Under the pieces are notes generated by a model, which did not search any database, was not told the origin of the DNA, and saw only the letters and a program-made list of their open reading frames with translations. Below are positions 39,930 to 53,874 of a stretch of 64,000 nt of DNA, piece after piece (the first letter of the stretch is position 1; the number at the start of each line of letters is the position of its first letter). Where the stretch lies: positions 86,118,001 to 86,182,000 of the forward strand of contig OX597822.1 of the NCBI GenBank assembly GCA_951406725.2. The letters are read 5' to 3'. This DNA comes from Octopus vulgaris. Its lineage: Eukaryota. The translations under genes were made by a program, and so were the position numbers.

Positions 39930-41910
39930 GTTTCTAACTGACTGTAATAAATAGTCCTTTGCCACACAAGTTGTTTAAAGTTAACCCAGCAAAGACCAAA
40001 GTTGTTGTTAGTAAGAAAAAACTCTTCCTGTCAAGTATTCAATATGTAGAATAGGAGTTGGAAGAAATTCCATTTGCTGCACCCAGCGTAAGCTATTGGA
40101 CACATAGGAGGTACAGTGGAATCACAGGTAGATTAACAGATAAAGTAGTCTTTTTATGTGGCAAATGTGCAGGAACAATAAGCACTAACAGCACACAGGA
40201 ATTAGATTCTCTCAAATGCTCAAGAGGCTCTCTTGAAGTTGTAGATAGTTTCTGTTACCTAGGTGACCAAAAAAGCAATGGTGGAGGATGCTCTGAAAAT
40301 ATTGTTTCTTAAATAAGAATAGGGTGGAAGTGAAGCTACAACCTTGTTGGAAATGAAAGAACTCTCTCTCAGAGTGAAAGGTAGGATTATATGATGCTTG
40401 TGTACGAATGGCTATACCCAATGGTAGTAAGACATGGGCTCTGAATGCAGAAGACATGCATAGACTGGAGAGAAATTAAGGTAGTATGCTCCGTCGGATG
40501 TGCAACATCAGTGCACATGTATTAAGAGAAAAGATGGGCATAAGAGAAATCAAATGTAGTATGCAAGAGAGAAGACTATGCTGGTTTGGACATGTGATGT
40601 GTATGAATGAGGACAGCTGCATAAAGAAGTGCCCATCACTGAAAGTGGACGGTACCTGCTGAAGAAGGAGACCCAGGAAGACGTGGGATGAAGTGGTAAG
40701 GACTGATCTCAGGATGTTGGGCCTCATGAAGGAAATGACAATGGACCAAGATGTCTGGCGATATGAGGTTCTTGAGAAGACCTGCCCACATCAGTGAAAC
40801 TGAGTTCTAGAAGCGCTGTGTGTCCCACCCACACTTAACGAGAAAACTTCTCACACATCCTACCAAATCAAACCAAACTACATCTCTACCTTACATTTCT
40901 ACTTTATGCACTATGCTTACCTCCCACTCCTTAATCCTGTCCTCTTCACACTGTATCATTGCTGCCTGGTATGCCCTGACGTGTGTTCCAGCCACATGTA
41001 ACAAGAAAACTTTTCACACATCCTATCCCAACAAACCAATATACAGCTCTTCTCTTCCTCACATTTCCTCCTTCATACACTATGCCTACTTCTCACTCTC
41101 CAATCCTGTCCCCACGACCATATTTATCTGTATCACTACTACCTGGTAGCCCCACCCACTCTATACCCAGGTTTTCACCACTCACTTCCTCTCTGCACTC
41201 TCTAATCACACTTCTCCTTGGGCAATATCCTGTCACTTATATTAGGACCTTCAAACCTCAAGGATATTCCCTGGCACTTGCCATCATCTCTATCACTCTC
41301 TGCCTTTACTCAGCCACCCCATTTATATTCTGATCCCCATCCCTTGTGAGTATGCCTGGCACTTTGCCACCATCTCTATCCTGCTGCCCCCCACTCTCGC
41401 CTCCACTTCTCTCAGGTGGGGTAACAGTGTATCATTTGTGGCAGCACACCTGTTTCCATCTTCATTCCTGATCTCTCACCCGTCCCCGTCCCCAGCTGGG
41501 TAACCTTGTACCTCTTGTACAGCAAGACGCCTGTTTCTGCCTCATTATAACCTTTCATCAACTGACACAAGATCACCTCCTCCAATGCCCATCTCCCCTC
41601 TCAAAAGATTTTTGTCTCGCAAGTTACTTGGTAACCCTGTCAGTGCTGGTGCCACATATAAAGCATCCAGTCCACACTGTAAAGTGGTTGGCGCTTGGAA
41701 AGGCATCCAGCTGTAAAAATCTTGCCAAAACTGACCTCACCTGTACTTGTGTCATGTAAAAAGCACTAAGTCTACTGTTGGGTGATTGGTGTTAGGAAGG
41801 ACATCCAGATGTAAAAATCCTGCCAAAACAGTCATAGAAGTCTGGTGCAGGCTTCTGCCAAACCATCCCACCCATGCCAGCATCGATAGCAGATGTTAAA
41901 CGATGAGGAT
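39930..41910 (+). mobile_element. 5'-truncated RTE LINE in an IGF2BP intron (antisense)
   Basis: FKVNPAKTKVVV, LEVVDSFCYLGD, RLCWFGHVM and RRRPRKTW motifs, then the family 3' tail. Confidence 0.85.
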
Positions 41911-42000
41911 TGTATACCTAATTAGAAAATCTAGGAAATAAATCAAAAATATATATAATAATAATAATAATACAAATTGAGAAAAAAATATTTTACTTAC

Positions 42001-42087
42001 CGAGCATTGCTCTGAGATGTAATCTGTTTTATAGTTTGACCTTGTTTGCCAATGATAGCACCGACATATTCTCTACCAACTAGAACT
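42001..42087 (-). CDS. IGF2BP: IGF2BP exon, KH1 (VLVGREYVGAIIGKQGQTIKQITSQSNAR)
   Basis: YVGAIIGKxG KH signature; AG/GTAAGT boundaries; 87 nt, phase 2 to 2. Confidence 0.93.
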
Positions 42088-42418
42088 CTAAACAATGAGA
42101 AGAATTATTAATTTCAAAACATTTAATTTATTGTGCAAACATTCTTATTAAATTTTCAAAGTTAAACTACTTTCAGAGTGGTTGGTGCTAAGAAGGGCAA
42201 GCAGCTGTAGAAACTTTGCCAGATCAGATTGAGCCTGGCGCAGCCTCTGACTCACCAGTCCTCAGCCAAGCCGTCCAACCCATGCCAGCATGGAAAGCAG
42301 ACATTAAACGATGATGAAACTGTCAAAGTCTGTTTTTTCTAAAAAAAGAAAAACCAGAATTTCAAAAGCTTCTCCCTCTTTATTTACATGCATGGTTGTA
42401 TTTTATACACTGACATGT

Positions 42419-42720
42419 ATGAGGGTGAGTCAAAAAGTAATGCCATTTTGTTTAGGACAGTTATAATTACTAAGACAGGAACATGTATCATACATCAAAA
42501 GGAAGCTTATTATGAGTTTATTGTTTTTCTTTTTGGCAAGAAATCGACCAGAATGACACCTTGAGCATCCCTAAAGACAGTAGCCATGATTTTTTCCAGC
42601 TGAGTTTTGAATCTTGAACTGGTTCTCTGTGGATCACATCCCCACTTCTCAACATAGTCAGTTTTTCTCAATAGCAATGTTCCATCTTCAAATGAGAGCA
42701 TGTATCCCTGCCCCGTAAAA
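42419..42720 (-). mobile_element. Internally deleted mariner fragment
   Basis: KIMATVFRDAQGVILVDFLP..KTINS transposase motif next to a (ta)tgagggtgagtcaaaaag TIR-like end. Confidence 0.7.
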
Positions 42721-43200
42721 TTCTGTTGGCCACTTTAAGAATATCACATGAAATGTTCTATTTAACCTGCTTAAAAGAATTACTAGAAGTAATTGACAAT
42801 TAACTGTTACTCAAACAGAATTAGTTCTAAGAGCAGTGAAAATGATACAGAAGAACACAAGCTGTTCTATATATTCTTGCTTTCATTACAGCAAAATAAG
42901 TCTTTAGGATGAATCTAGAAAGTGGCTTAGTGCAAATAATGCTAGTGATGATGTATGAAAAACAGTGATAGATGCAAGTCATGAATACAATAATATAGTT
43001 ATGTAAATAATGTAAATGTTTAGCAAAAATGTACTCTGAATTAACATGGGTGGCTACACAAATACAAGAAAGCTAAGTTAAGCTTGAGACGAGGGTATCT
43101 AATTAGACATTGAACTTCACAGTGGAAACAGTGCTATATAGAATGAACCATACTGTAAATGCATCCAATCCATGAACATTAAATGGTAAATTTTTCTTAC

Positions 43201-43289
43201 CTAAGAGGTAAATCTTGACCACACACCATCCCTGAGCCGTTATTAGAATTAGACTGGTTATTTCTTGCTCTGCTGCTTGCAAAATCAGC
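43201..43289 (-). CDS. IGF2BP: IGF2BP exon, RRM-KH linker (ADFASSRARNNQSNSNNGSGMVCGQDLPLR)
   Basis: ttttAG acceptor and AG|GTAAGA donor; 89 nt, phase 0 to 2; ends in D.PLR, the start of KH1. Confidence 0.87.
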
Positions 43290-44449
43290 CTAAAACATAA
43301 TTGATCATATTTAAGTCAAACAATTTTTTTATTACAATTAACTTAGTGAATAATTATTATGAACCTATGGACTTCTATGCTCTCTCCCATAATTTTAGGC
43401 TTTTATATTCCAAACAGAAATCACTAAAAATATACGTTAAGCATTATGCAGTATACACAAAGCTTACACTAAAAAAATCTTACTATTTCCAAATATTGGA
43501 ATGAAGGGAGGATTATTTAAAGCAAGCATCTCTCTCTCTCCTTTCACTTTCCAGGTGGCCAAACCATGTGTTCACCTCTTCAGCAAGACACCTGCTCCTC
43601 TCCCTCTATCATAGTTTCTCCAGTCTATACTCAGTTATACCAAGTACTTGGCTGTCTCACTGATGCTAGTACCATGTAAAAATGCACCCAGAGCACTCTT
43701 AAGTGGTTGGTGATAGAAAGGACATCCAGCCGTAGAAAACATGCCAAAGCAGACGTAAAACTGGCAGAGCCCTTTGGTTTGTCCGTTCTTGTCAAATCAT
43801 CCAACCCATGATAGCATGGAGAAAAGGACATTAAATGATGATGAAGCAAGAGTAATTTCAATGAATCATAATAAAATTATGATACACTATACATATTAAA
43901 GTCCAGCTTCAATATATATTGTGTATCTGAGAACATACTCTACTTGCTTCACCATATCAAAATTTGAAGATTATTTCCTGTACAAATGGGAAACTCATTA
44001 AAAGAAAAAAAAAAAAAGAAATGGAGTAGGTTAGGCATCAATTGTTTTTTTAAATTTTACTGTCCAATTTCATTTTAATATCAACATAAAAGCAAAAGGT
44101 CCCTTGTACTTTTCAATAGATCAATATGTGAGCTTTGTCTTCATCTATAATTTACCAGTTGCATGATTAACACAATTAGGAAACTCTATAGTCACTATTA
44201 CTAAAATTTATCGGCCATAAACTATTCCAGTTTGGAAATATCCTCTTAGTTCTTGCCATCTTTAATATATATGTCATTCTGTCCCATCATGTTTTGAGGT
44301 TTTGAAGCTCACCTCACAAATCATCTGATAATTTACAGGACATAAGCAATGCCTCTTCAGACATCACGAATTTCAATTATCTTTTACAGTTATATTTGCA
44401 GATACAAATGTTTAGGCAGAACAAATTTTGAATTTTTATAATTCCTTAC

Positions 44450-44498
44450 CTTTAAAATTGAGCCTTGGAAATCATAACCATTTAATTGTGAAATAACT
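44450..44498 (-). CDS. IGF2BP: IGF2BP exon, RRM2 end (VISQLNGYDFQGSILK)
   Basis: AG acceptor and AAG|GTAAGG donor; 49 nt, phase 2 to 0; matches the AI.KLNG....L.V RRM motif. Confidence 0.87.
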
Positions 44499-46147
44499 CT
44501 AAAAATGGGGAGGAAAAAAAAGAAACTCATAACAAATTAATAAATACAAATAAAAAAATACTCAAACTGTATTACAAATAAAAAACAATTATGAAATTAC
44601 ATGTTTTTGAGGAAATACACAGAAGAATTAAGTAGATGTTTCATTAGATTTACAATATACACTGATTAACTTTAATACTTTAAAATATTTAACTTTTTAA
44701 AATATTAAGAAAAATAATAGTCTTAGTTTCAAAAACCTTTCTCAGATCTCAAATAATCAGATTTTATTTTGTTTTTGAGTTAAATTTTTCAAGAAATGTG
44801 TTACTTTCAACAATGGTAGTTCAACCTAATACCCTATTGATACCAACCTGTTTAAGATCAACCTTCATTGTAGGATATAAACTTTCTCTAAAATGATTTC
44901 AAAGTCTTCCATCATAATTTCATGTTAATTTTTCTTTTATTTTATGTCCACTCCACTGTGCCTCACCATCCATGCATGCACATTAACATTACACATCCAG
45001 TAGAGCATACTTGCTTTATTTCTCCCCCACTTTTGCACTTCTACAAACTATACCCCCATGCCTTGCTACTATTATACATCACACCACACTCCCTACACAA
45101 GCAGCAACACAGGTTGCTCACTTTGTTGATAGCATCTCTGGACATGGTTTGCTACATTCTCTCCACCAGTCATCTACTCCTAACATCAGAGCATGAAGCC
45201 CTGTCAGAATCCTCCTCTAAATCAACAAACAGAAGGCAGCAGTTGCTATGCCAGCCTGTTACAAATCTCAACACATCAAAGCCAATTCTCTTCCTGGTCA
45301 ATTGTGCTAAAATTGTTTTTGTAATTGATTAACCAATCAGTTCAATATCTCTGCGGTTGCTTCTGTGTAGAAAAATCGCTTGTGTTTGCAGCAGCTGATG
45401 AGGATTCTGCTCCCAGACACTAGATATGACACCACCCTGTACTATCAGGCTGACAGGAATTGTTTAAATATTTATGTAAAACAGCAGATTTGAACTCAGT
45501 AGTCTAGTATCTACTCAGTCATTTTGTTTGTACAGAGTGGTGGTGGCCCTATTAAACTGCTTGGTTTTAATATCACTAGCACCACCAGGTCCTTGAGTGA
45601 ATTTAGTCAAGTTCATTGCTGCAAGTATTGAAGCCCAGATCTCACCATTCCCTTACTGCCCACAGGTGTTGGAGCTGAACATCAATCTCACTAATCATGA
45701 GAGTTGCCCCTTTTCTAATTAAAAATCTAAACGAAAGAAACAAAAATTGATATAGGAATGATTGAGTAGAAAGTGGATGCCAGAGACATAATCTCTGATT
45801 CTTTGAGTCTTTAACTGTTTTGATTTCTGGTAACTATTTTAGTTGTTTTGAATTATTGATGTCTTTTTAAAAGGGCACAAACATCAATTAACTGATAACC
45901 CTCAAGTTAAGGTTTTTCAAATACTGCTGGATACAATCCTTAAATGTTTGATTATTTATTTTATCTAAATGTAAAATAAACAGAGCAATGAGATATTTCA
46001 GCTTATTACTGTGAAATCATCACAAACAATAACACTAAAGTTAGAGCTATGTCAGCATGGAAAATAGATGCTGTGATGCATAAGTTTGTAATCATGTGAA
46101 AAAGTGTAAAAGAAATGTAGCTTAATAATATTTAAAAGATAACTTAC

Positions 46148-46199
46148 TGCTGAGCTTGATCTGGATTGTTGTAAGTTACATACACAACACCATTACTAA
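46148..46199 (-). CDS. IGF2BP: IGF2BP exon, RRM2 (VSNGVVYVTYNNPDQAQQ)
   Basis: tttttAG acceptor and GTAAGT donor; 52 nt, phase 1 to 2, joins both neighbours in frame; matches the VVNVTY..REQ RRM2 motif. Confidence 0.87.
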
Positions 46200-46286
46200 C
46201 TAAAAATTTAAAAAGGTAGTAAGTCCAACAATTGAGATCATTTTGTAACAATGTAATATAAAAATTCTGCAAAATAAAACATTGTA

Positions 46287-47468
46287 TCAAGTTGTGTTAA
46301 AAGTAAGCAACATTTTGAATCATGAAGAATTTGTACCGGATTTTTGAATTTTAAAAATATTTTTTGCAATTGTCTGATAAAACAGACATAGACCAGCCCA
46401 AATGCATCAATAAATTAACACTTGTTATTTTTCACTGTTGTTACAATAATCTAAAATGGAACTGTCAAAGTATTCAAGCAATTTTGATATTCAACTTCAA
46501 AAAAGAACGTAAAGCAGCTGAAACTGCTGGTGATATCAACAAAACGTTTGGTGAGGAAATGACCAGTGAGTGGTCAACTCGAGAATGGTTTAAATGATTT
46601 CGCAGTGGAAACCTAAGCCTCGAAAATTATGAGCCTAGTGGACGCCCATCTGTCATCAATGACGGTCAATTAAAGACCATCACTGAGAATGATCCATGTA
46701 AAAGCACTCACGAACTGGCAAAAGAACTTCAAGTTAGCCAGAAAACTGCATGCAATCAGAAAATGCACAGATATGAAATTTGCTCATTGCTTCTCTATAA
46801 CCAGATCAATCCATTTCTCAACTGTATTGTAACTTGTAATGAAAAGTAGATTCCGTACAATAATGAAAAAAACGCTCTTCGCAGTGACTGGACCAAAATG
46901 AAGCACCAAAAACCTTCCCGAAACCCAAGCTCTTCAAAAAGGTTAGGGTGACTGTTTGGTGATGTACTGCTTAACTCACCCACTATCACTTAAAACCCCA
47001 AAAAGCCATTACTGCAGAAACATATTGCCATGAAATTGCCAAAATCAACAAAAAACTGCTACTCCTCCGTCCCAGACTGGTCAACAGAAGAGGGCCAATC
47101 ATACTTCATGACTATGCTTGACCACACATTTCACTAATGACATTCCAGAAGTTGAGGGAACTTGGTAATGAAGTTCTCCATCTAGCTTATTCTCCAGACC
47201 TTTCTCCTACCGACTACTACTTTTTCAAGCACCTTGATGGGTTCCCTGCAAGAGTAGGAGTTCAAAAATCAAACCAATGCTGAAAGTGCATTCAAAGTTC
47301 ATCAACTCCAGATTTTTATTTTACCAGAATAAACAAACTTGTAACTTGTTGGCAAAAATGTGTTGATTGTAATGGTACGTACTTTGATGAATAAAATTTA
47401 CGCATTGTTGAAATATATTGTGATGAATTTCATGTTTCAAAACGTTGCTTACTTTTTACTCAGCCCGA
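46287..47468 (+). mobile_element. Full-length decayed mariner transposon (Hsmar1/cecropia-like)
   Basis: ~33-bp imperfect TIRs (…aaaagtaagcaac.ttttgaa) flanked by TA at both ends; remnants KAAETA.DIN..FG, WFK.FRSG, YSPDLSPTDY, WQKCVDCNG.YFDE*. Confidence 0.92.
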
Positions 47469-47594
47469 TATAAATTACATCTTAATTACATAAAACTGTG
47501 TATAATTTTAAAAAAAGCAGAGAATAAGAAAATAATTGCTTTCAAACAAACTAATTCTAAGAATTATATAAATTTATATAAATTGAATGTTTAA

Positions 47595-47819
47595 AACTTT
47601 TGATACCAACCTGTCTGAAACTGTCCTTGTTTTATGATATAAATTTCTCATTTTAAGATGTTTAATCCTCACGTTAATCCTTCTGTGACCCCTGTTTCTC
47701 TAATGATACAACACTATGTTTCAAATTTTCAAGTAATCAAGAATTTTGAAAGTTTTTGTAACTTCATTATTAACTTGGAATTTAGATAAATGGTCAGAGG
47801 CAAGCTGGTATCAAAAGGA
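47595..47819. mobile_element. piggyBac-like MITE, second family
   Basis: TTAA flanks and TIR cttttgatacca / tggtatcaaaag; a related fragment lies near 44830. Confidence 0.6.
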
Positions 47820-47853
47820 TTAAAGTAGAAACTAAAAGTAACAGAAGAATTAC

Positions 47854-47960
47854 CGTGATCAAGTCTTTGAACTTGCTCTAAAGAAGATAAAAAATGGTCA
47901 AATTCTTCTTTGGTTACATGTTGAGGAACATTTCTAATCTGGACCTTATTTGTGCGCCGA
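47854..47960 (-). CDS. IGF2BP: IGF2BP/Imp exon, RRM2 first half (RRTNKVQIRNVPQHVTKEEFDHFLSSLEQVQRLDH)
   Basis: ttttatgtAG acceptor and G|GTAATT donor; 107 nt, phase 2 to 1; resembles the SRKIQIRNIP start of IGF2BP RRM2. Confidence 0.88.
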
Positions 47961-48323
47961 CTACATAAAAAACAAAGGAAAAGAAGTATATGTACAGAGA
48001 ATAATTTCAAAATATATTTTTTTAAATTTGTAGATTACAATATTTATTTTGTCAAATCTTTTACATTTCAAATGTCTTTTTTAAGCAGAATTTTAACAAT
48101 TTTAACTTATAGCAATTGAAGCGTAATGGGAAACGATGTTTGGATGTAAACATGGAATACTTTTTAAATATGAAAAACAAAGATTTAGGTTATTCATTCT
48201 AAATATTTTTAAATAAGTCTAATATGATTATTTTTTTTAAAGTGAAACTATTAATACTATAGGTAATATTTTTGTCAATTTTGAAGTAACGAAAATATTT
48301 TTATGATCAACCATTCTCTCTCT

Positions 48324-48366
<43 letters not shown>

Positions 48367-51095
48367 CACACATACAAACACACACACATACTGAGTTACC
48401 AAAGAAAAAGAACAAAATTGCAGGTTTATCCATAAGAATATATGTAATATTAGTAGTAAGTTGCAATTGCTACATTCCTACAAGCATCTTGAGGCAGCAG
48501 TTATAGCAACTCATGTGGGAGGCAGAATAGGTTTACTATATTTAGCACTGACAATAGCAGTGGTGGTGGTAGTTCAGCAGAATAAGTTAAAAAGAACAGT
48601 TAACAGGTAACTTTGTATCTATGACAAACAACTGAAACCTAGTCCTCCTCAGGGCAAACAAAACTTGTAAAAAAAAAAAGTTTTTACTTAAAAAGTGGGC
48701 ACAAAAAATGGCATATGATGACTTATCTACCAAACCGTGATCTGAGCTTGAAATTTACAGCATGTACTAACATACACACACACACACAAATGATTATGTG
48801 AGATGGGTTGTCATTAAGAATATTGATGTTAAACATACACAGATGACATCACATGCAAAAACAGTAACTACTGCTGAAACTGAATTCAATTCTGCTATAA
48901 AACAACCATACCAGTGCTGCTATGTCATCACATAAATTTGTAAGTGCAAGTTTCTCGTGACTGACTGTAGTCTCGATACTTTTTTAGATGCAGCCTAAAT
49001 TGTCAGTCAAATAGAAAAGGTGACTGAAAAACAGCTAATCTGTTTGTTGCAGGCCAAGATCATAGAAACACAATGCTGCAATATCTAAAGTTCTGTGAAT
49101 TTGTTACATTGTAGAGGTAATGACAGAGATTATTTCAAATGGATAGTTTGGTTTCTTTATATTCTATTTAAATGCAGCCAAATTGCAATCAATATTTACA
49201 AAAAGCAACATGTGACTTGTGAATGGATCAAAGGTTGAAAGTCTAAATATAACCTTTAAACAGAGCGACTAGTTCTCTACCACCATGACATACACAAATA
49301 CATACAATAATACAAATTAGGTGTTTTCATATATATATTAAAATGACAAGGAAATAAGACATTATGTCATGAACTATATATTATATATATATGGACAAAC
49401 TAGTAGTGAAATTAACTTCTACATAGTCACTGAACTGGCTCTGTATAACTAACTTTCTGTTATCTTTGAATAGTTAAAACTTATATCTTAAGAGGATATA
49501 TCCACCACAAGAATTACAAATGGAATGCTCCAATCAGTTACTTCTGTTCAAAGCTGAGCAGAATTATCTAACAAAAAATTAAAAAGAGTAAACAAAATGA
49601 GGTAAAAGGTGAATATCCATATGATTACAATGTAATGGATAAAATTAACTCATGGAGATCTAATGAAATACAAATGTAATTTTGATATAATTTGAAAACT
49701 ATGATGAACATATTCATTGTCAATATGTTCCCTCAGAGTCAAACTTGAATAGAACCCTTTTCAGACAATTTGCAATTCACAACACACTTGATTCCCCAAA
49801 AAAGTGGTACAAACCATCTTATCTTTTTTTGTTGTGTCATAAACAAGCATTTGCAAGGTCCCTGAAACATTTAAATTTTATGGTGGATACTTTAAGCGCT
49901 ATTCACTGTATTAACAGCAGAATTAGTCAAACTAAGCCTTTGCTAAAATTAAAAGCAAAAAGTAATATACAATTTTTTTTCTTTTCCAGGATTATAAAAT
50001 TTCAGCTAAGATTGTCTTAAGGATGAGAAAATATTTTCATTATGTAACAGGCTTGGCAGTAGCAAAGTATGTTAAATATTTTTGGCCGAGATTGTTACTA
50101 TGGATTTTAAATGTAAAATGAAAACTTTGAAAACAACATTGGGTATTTTACAAGTTTGAAATATCAGTGATTTACACATGTATGGTAAGTGAGTGGTTAC
50201 CAGATTAAGCATTATTTAAGCTATACATAGTCCCAAGTATCATTCTCACTTCACTGTTGAAGAATTAAGAGAAACAGTTACACCAATAACTTGTAAATAT
50301 TTGAATTTACAGGTCCAGCCGAATCAAAGAAAACAAAATAAACTAACTGTTCAATAATAATTAAAAGAATAACTTAAACACACAAGTTACAAAACTGGTC
50401 TACCTACCTCCATTACGAACTATATAATGGGTAGGTGTCAGTTATGTAGAAGAGAGAATTGATAGTGATGTTCATGCCTTTCACAAGAACATGCTATAGA
50501 TAATGCCTATGAGATGGTACTTGTTAAAGACAACTCAATGAATAGCTCCATAGCGTCTCTTCACCAGCTAGAAATAGCAACCAAACCCCTCTGACCACAT
50601 TTATCTTAAAAAGATATGCTGGTTAACGTAGTTGCCAAAAAAAAAAGAAAAGAAAAAAAAAGATGGTCACATGCAGAACACTTTTTGTCATGGGTCTACT
50701 TGAGTTTAAGCAATAACAAAAAATCCCCAGCCAGTTTATCTGTGATAAAGAGAATCCTCTCCACAGTCCCCCCCACCCAAGAATGCTTTAATACTCAAAG
50801 CCATGCTAAGTGTTAATGCATGATTAGACTGCTAAGTCATGTCCAATGCTTTTGTGTTGGACAGCCTTTGTCTTTTTTATTGAAAAATATGTTCAACCCA
50901 ATATTTATTATTTATAGCTTTATTAGCTATTATTTTTTAGCTTTAGAGTGCAATGGTTAAAATCAAGCTATTATTTTCAATGTACATGAGTATTTCAAAA
51001 AAGCCATTTTAACTCCAGGAGAAAACTTAATAAAATACAAGTTTCTAATTATGATTTACAGTAATCACAAAAGTTGTGTACTCTGTGGAAGAGTG

Positions 51096-51147
<52 letters not shown>

Positions 51148-53874
51148 AGGAAAGAATAACTTCCAGATGTTAAGCCTAAAGGAAGAAATGACAAAGAACT
51201 GACATTAGTGATCTGCACCCATCCCTCACACACTTCACATCTGTGCTGCCACCTGTTACCTCCCTAATCCACTATGTCCTCCACCTTTCCATCCAACTGA
51301 TTGACCACTCACTGCATTTCCAACCCACCCCCTTGATATATCTGCCATTCTCCTTTCTTACAAACCCACTCACCCTATGCAGTCCTCCATACCCTTTATC
51401 TCATGTTTTAACAACTCATCACTTGGCATAAAGCCACCTCCCTCAAAGCCACATCCACTATAGTTGAGTCATCTTGCAAGTTACTTGGTGATCTCACTTG
51501 GGCTGATACCACATAAAAATCACCCAGCACACTGAAGTAGCAGCCATTTTAATCCCATGTCAATCTTTTGTTACCTTATTGTGACCATCATTATCATTTA
51601 ACATCCTCCTTCCATGCTGGCATAGATTGGACAGTTTGACAGGAGCTGGCATCATGCTTAGTGTCTATTTTGGCATGGTTTTTACAGCTGGATGCCCTTC
51701 CTAACACCAGTCACCCTGCAGAGTGGGCCGAGTGCTTTTTATGTGGCACCAGCACCGGTGAGGTCAGTTTTTTTACAGCTGGATGCCCTTCCAAATGCCA
51801 ACCACTTTACAGCATGGACATGGTGCTTTTTATGAGGCATCTGCACTGGCAGGGTCACCAAGTAACTTTGCAAGATGGCAACAGAAATCATAGAAGCACC
51901 AAACAACCATCACTACATTCCTTTAGAATTTAAATCCCTGAGGTTTTATCTTTTGTTGTTTCAGTGAAATGAGTGGGAATGTTTGAAAAAACAAATACCA
52001 GTCTAAAACTAACAATTTAACTGTTCAGGTCACAAAAATTTCTGGTCTTGATCCAGTTACAAATAGTTACTATCAGAACAACAGATTGGTAAAATCATTA
52101 GTATTCAACAAAGTACTTAGTGGCATTTAATTACAGCCCTCTTGAAATTCTGTCAACGTTGATGAGCGTTTCATCTTTCCAGAGTCAACAGAACAAGTAT
52201 CAGTCAAATATTGTTCCCTCCACACAAAACTTCAAACCTTGGGCTGATGTAAAAATTCTTCCTATGTTTTAATCTGGCTGACCAAAAGTTTTTCACTTCA
52301 AAACTGGTTTGGAAAATTTAATGGAAAGAGAAATTCTATATATAATTTTAAAGCAATAAAGTTTCCCAACAGTTTTGAACAGAAAACACTGTATTTTTAT
52401 AATTTTCCTCAGTTTGATACCAAGCAAGTTTTATAGACAAATGAAATCTTATAAGTAAATAAGACAAAATAAATATGATTTGTTTAACAAATAAAAAAAA
52501 AATAATAATAATCTTGCCTTCGTTTAGAAACTGAGGGTTCAACTAACATAGGAAATCCTTTCAGGTTAAAACCTGCAAAAGTGAAAAATATTTATCAACA
52601 ACAACAGCTCGGTTTTTAAGCTAGTAACTATACAGATATATCAACTTCATATATAACACAACTAAACCCAAAAATATTTATAACCCTTGACAAAATAATC
52701 ATGTGATTAAAAAAATCAGGTGCAACAGAAATAAAATATTGTCAAAGTCAAACTTATAAAAATTAATAACCTATGTCATTGATTTTAAATATTCTTACAA
52801 AAATTTTTTTGTTCAATCAGTTGTGTATAATAAACTGCTTTCAAACCAATAAAAAAAATAATTACACAAAGTCTTCATCAAAAGTGAAAGGTTTTTCTGA
52901 ATTAGTAAGTTGAAACATATATAAATTAAATTTTCAAACAACATGGCAATTTTTATTTACAGGAAGTAAATTGGAGATTTCGCAGCTAGAATAATACTTG
53001 ACATTTTTTAATCAAAAGTAGCATATATGAGCAGACTCATCTTACAATTCCTTATAATGTACAAATAATTAGACAAATCTGTTCATTGCTACACTACTAA
53101 AATATTTTAGTAATTACATTTTATATGTAAATTAATAAAATATTCTATATGTATATGCTTGAAGGCACTTTTCATTAAACTTATTTTTAAAAGCTTCGTT
53201 TACAGATGTAAAATGGGTCAATTAGAAAATCCAATATCAAAAATAATTGAGTTTTTAATATTTTAAAACTAGAGAAATGTTTGATACACCTAATTTTCAA
53301 AGAAACCAGTCTTAGAAAAAAATCTAACAACTAAGAGTTTATCTTGTGAAGAATAATGAGTATTATAATAGAGATTACAACAATGTGTGCTTTGATACAA
53401 AAAGTTATGCAAACAAGAAGGGGAAGACAGTACTCGATGCATAAAGTACAGGTTTATGTTTGCTGTAAACTGAAAACTTCATTAATTCTTATTCCAAGTT
53501 TCACATTTTCAAAAGATCAAAAAAGAGGAACTAAGAGTAACAGTTGCAACAGTTTTCAGCTCCCAATAAATAGATCTGTGCATTCTCATGACTGAGGATG
53601 GACATGTTCAAACACAAATCTTACTCCTTGCTATATACTGTGGTACTGAGAAGGTACTCCCATATTCAGTCCTTATGTCATTGCTCTGTTGCCCAGCAAA
53701 CCCATTTTCCCTTTCCTCAGCGCCTGAAGATGCAGACACAGAGGTTCAGGGTTCCAATAATGACTAAAATACTGCAGTTTTCATGTGATCATTATCTACC
53801 TTTCACTCTGCTCCCATTTCCATGACTAACTTATAATTATTTTATGGGTTATTCAATAGATCCACAATGCTTAC

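Noticed and set aside
53625-53723. 99-nt exon-like segment (cttcAG...GGA|GTAAGA) on the minus strand
   Set aside because: Open only in phase 1-1, whereas this IGF2BP intron is phase 2; no recognisable homology. It could at most be a non-coding or poison exon.
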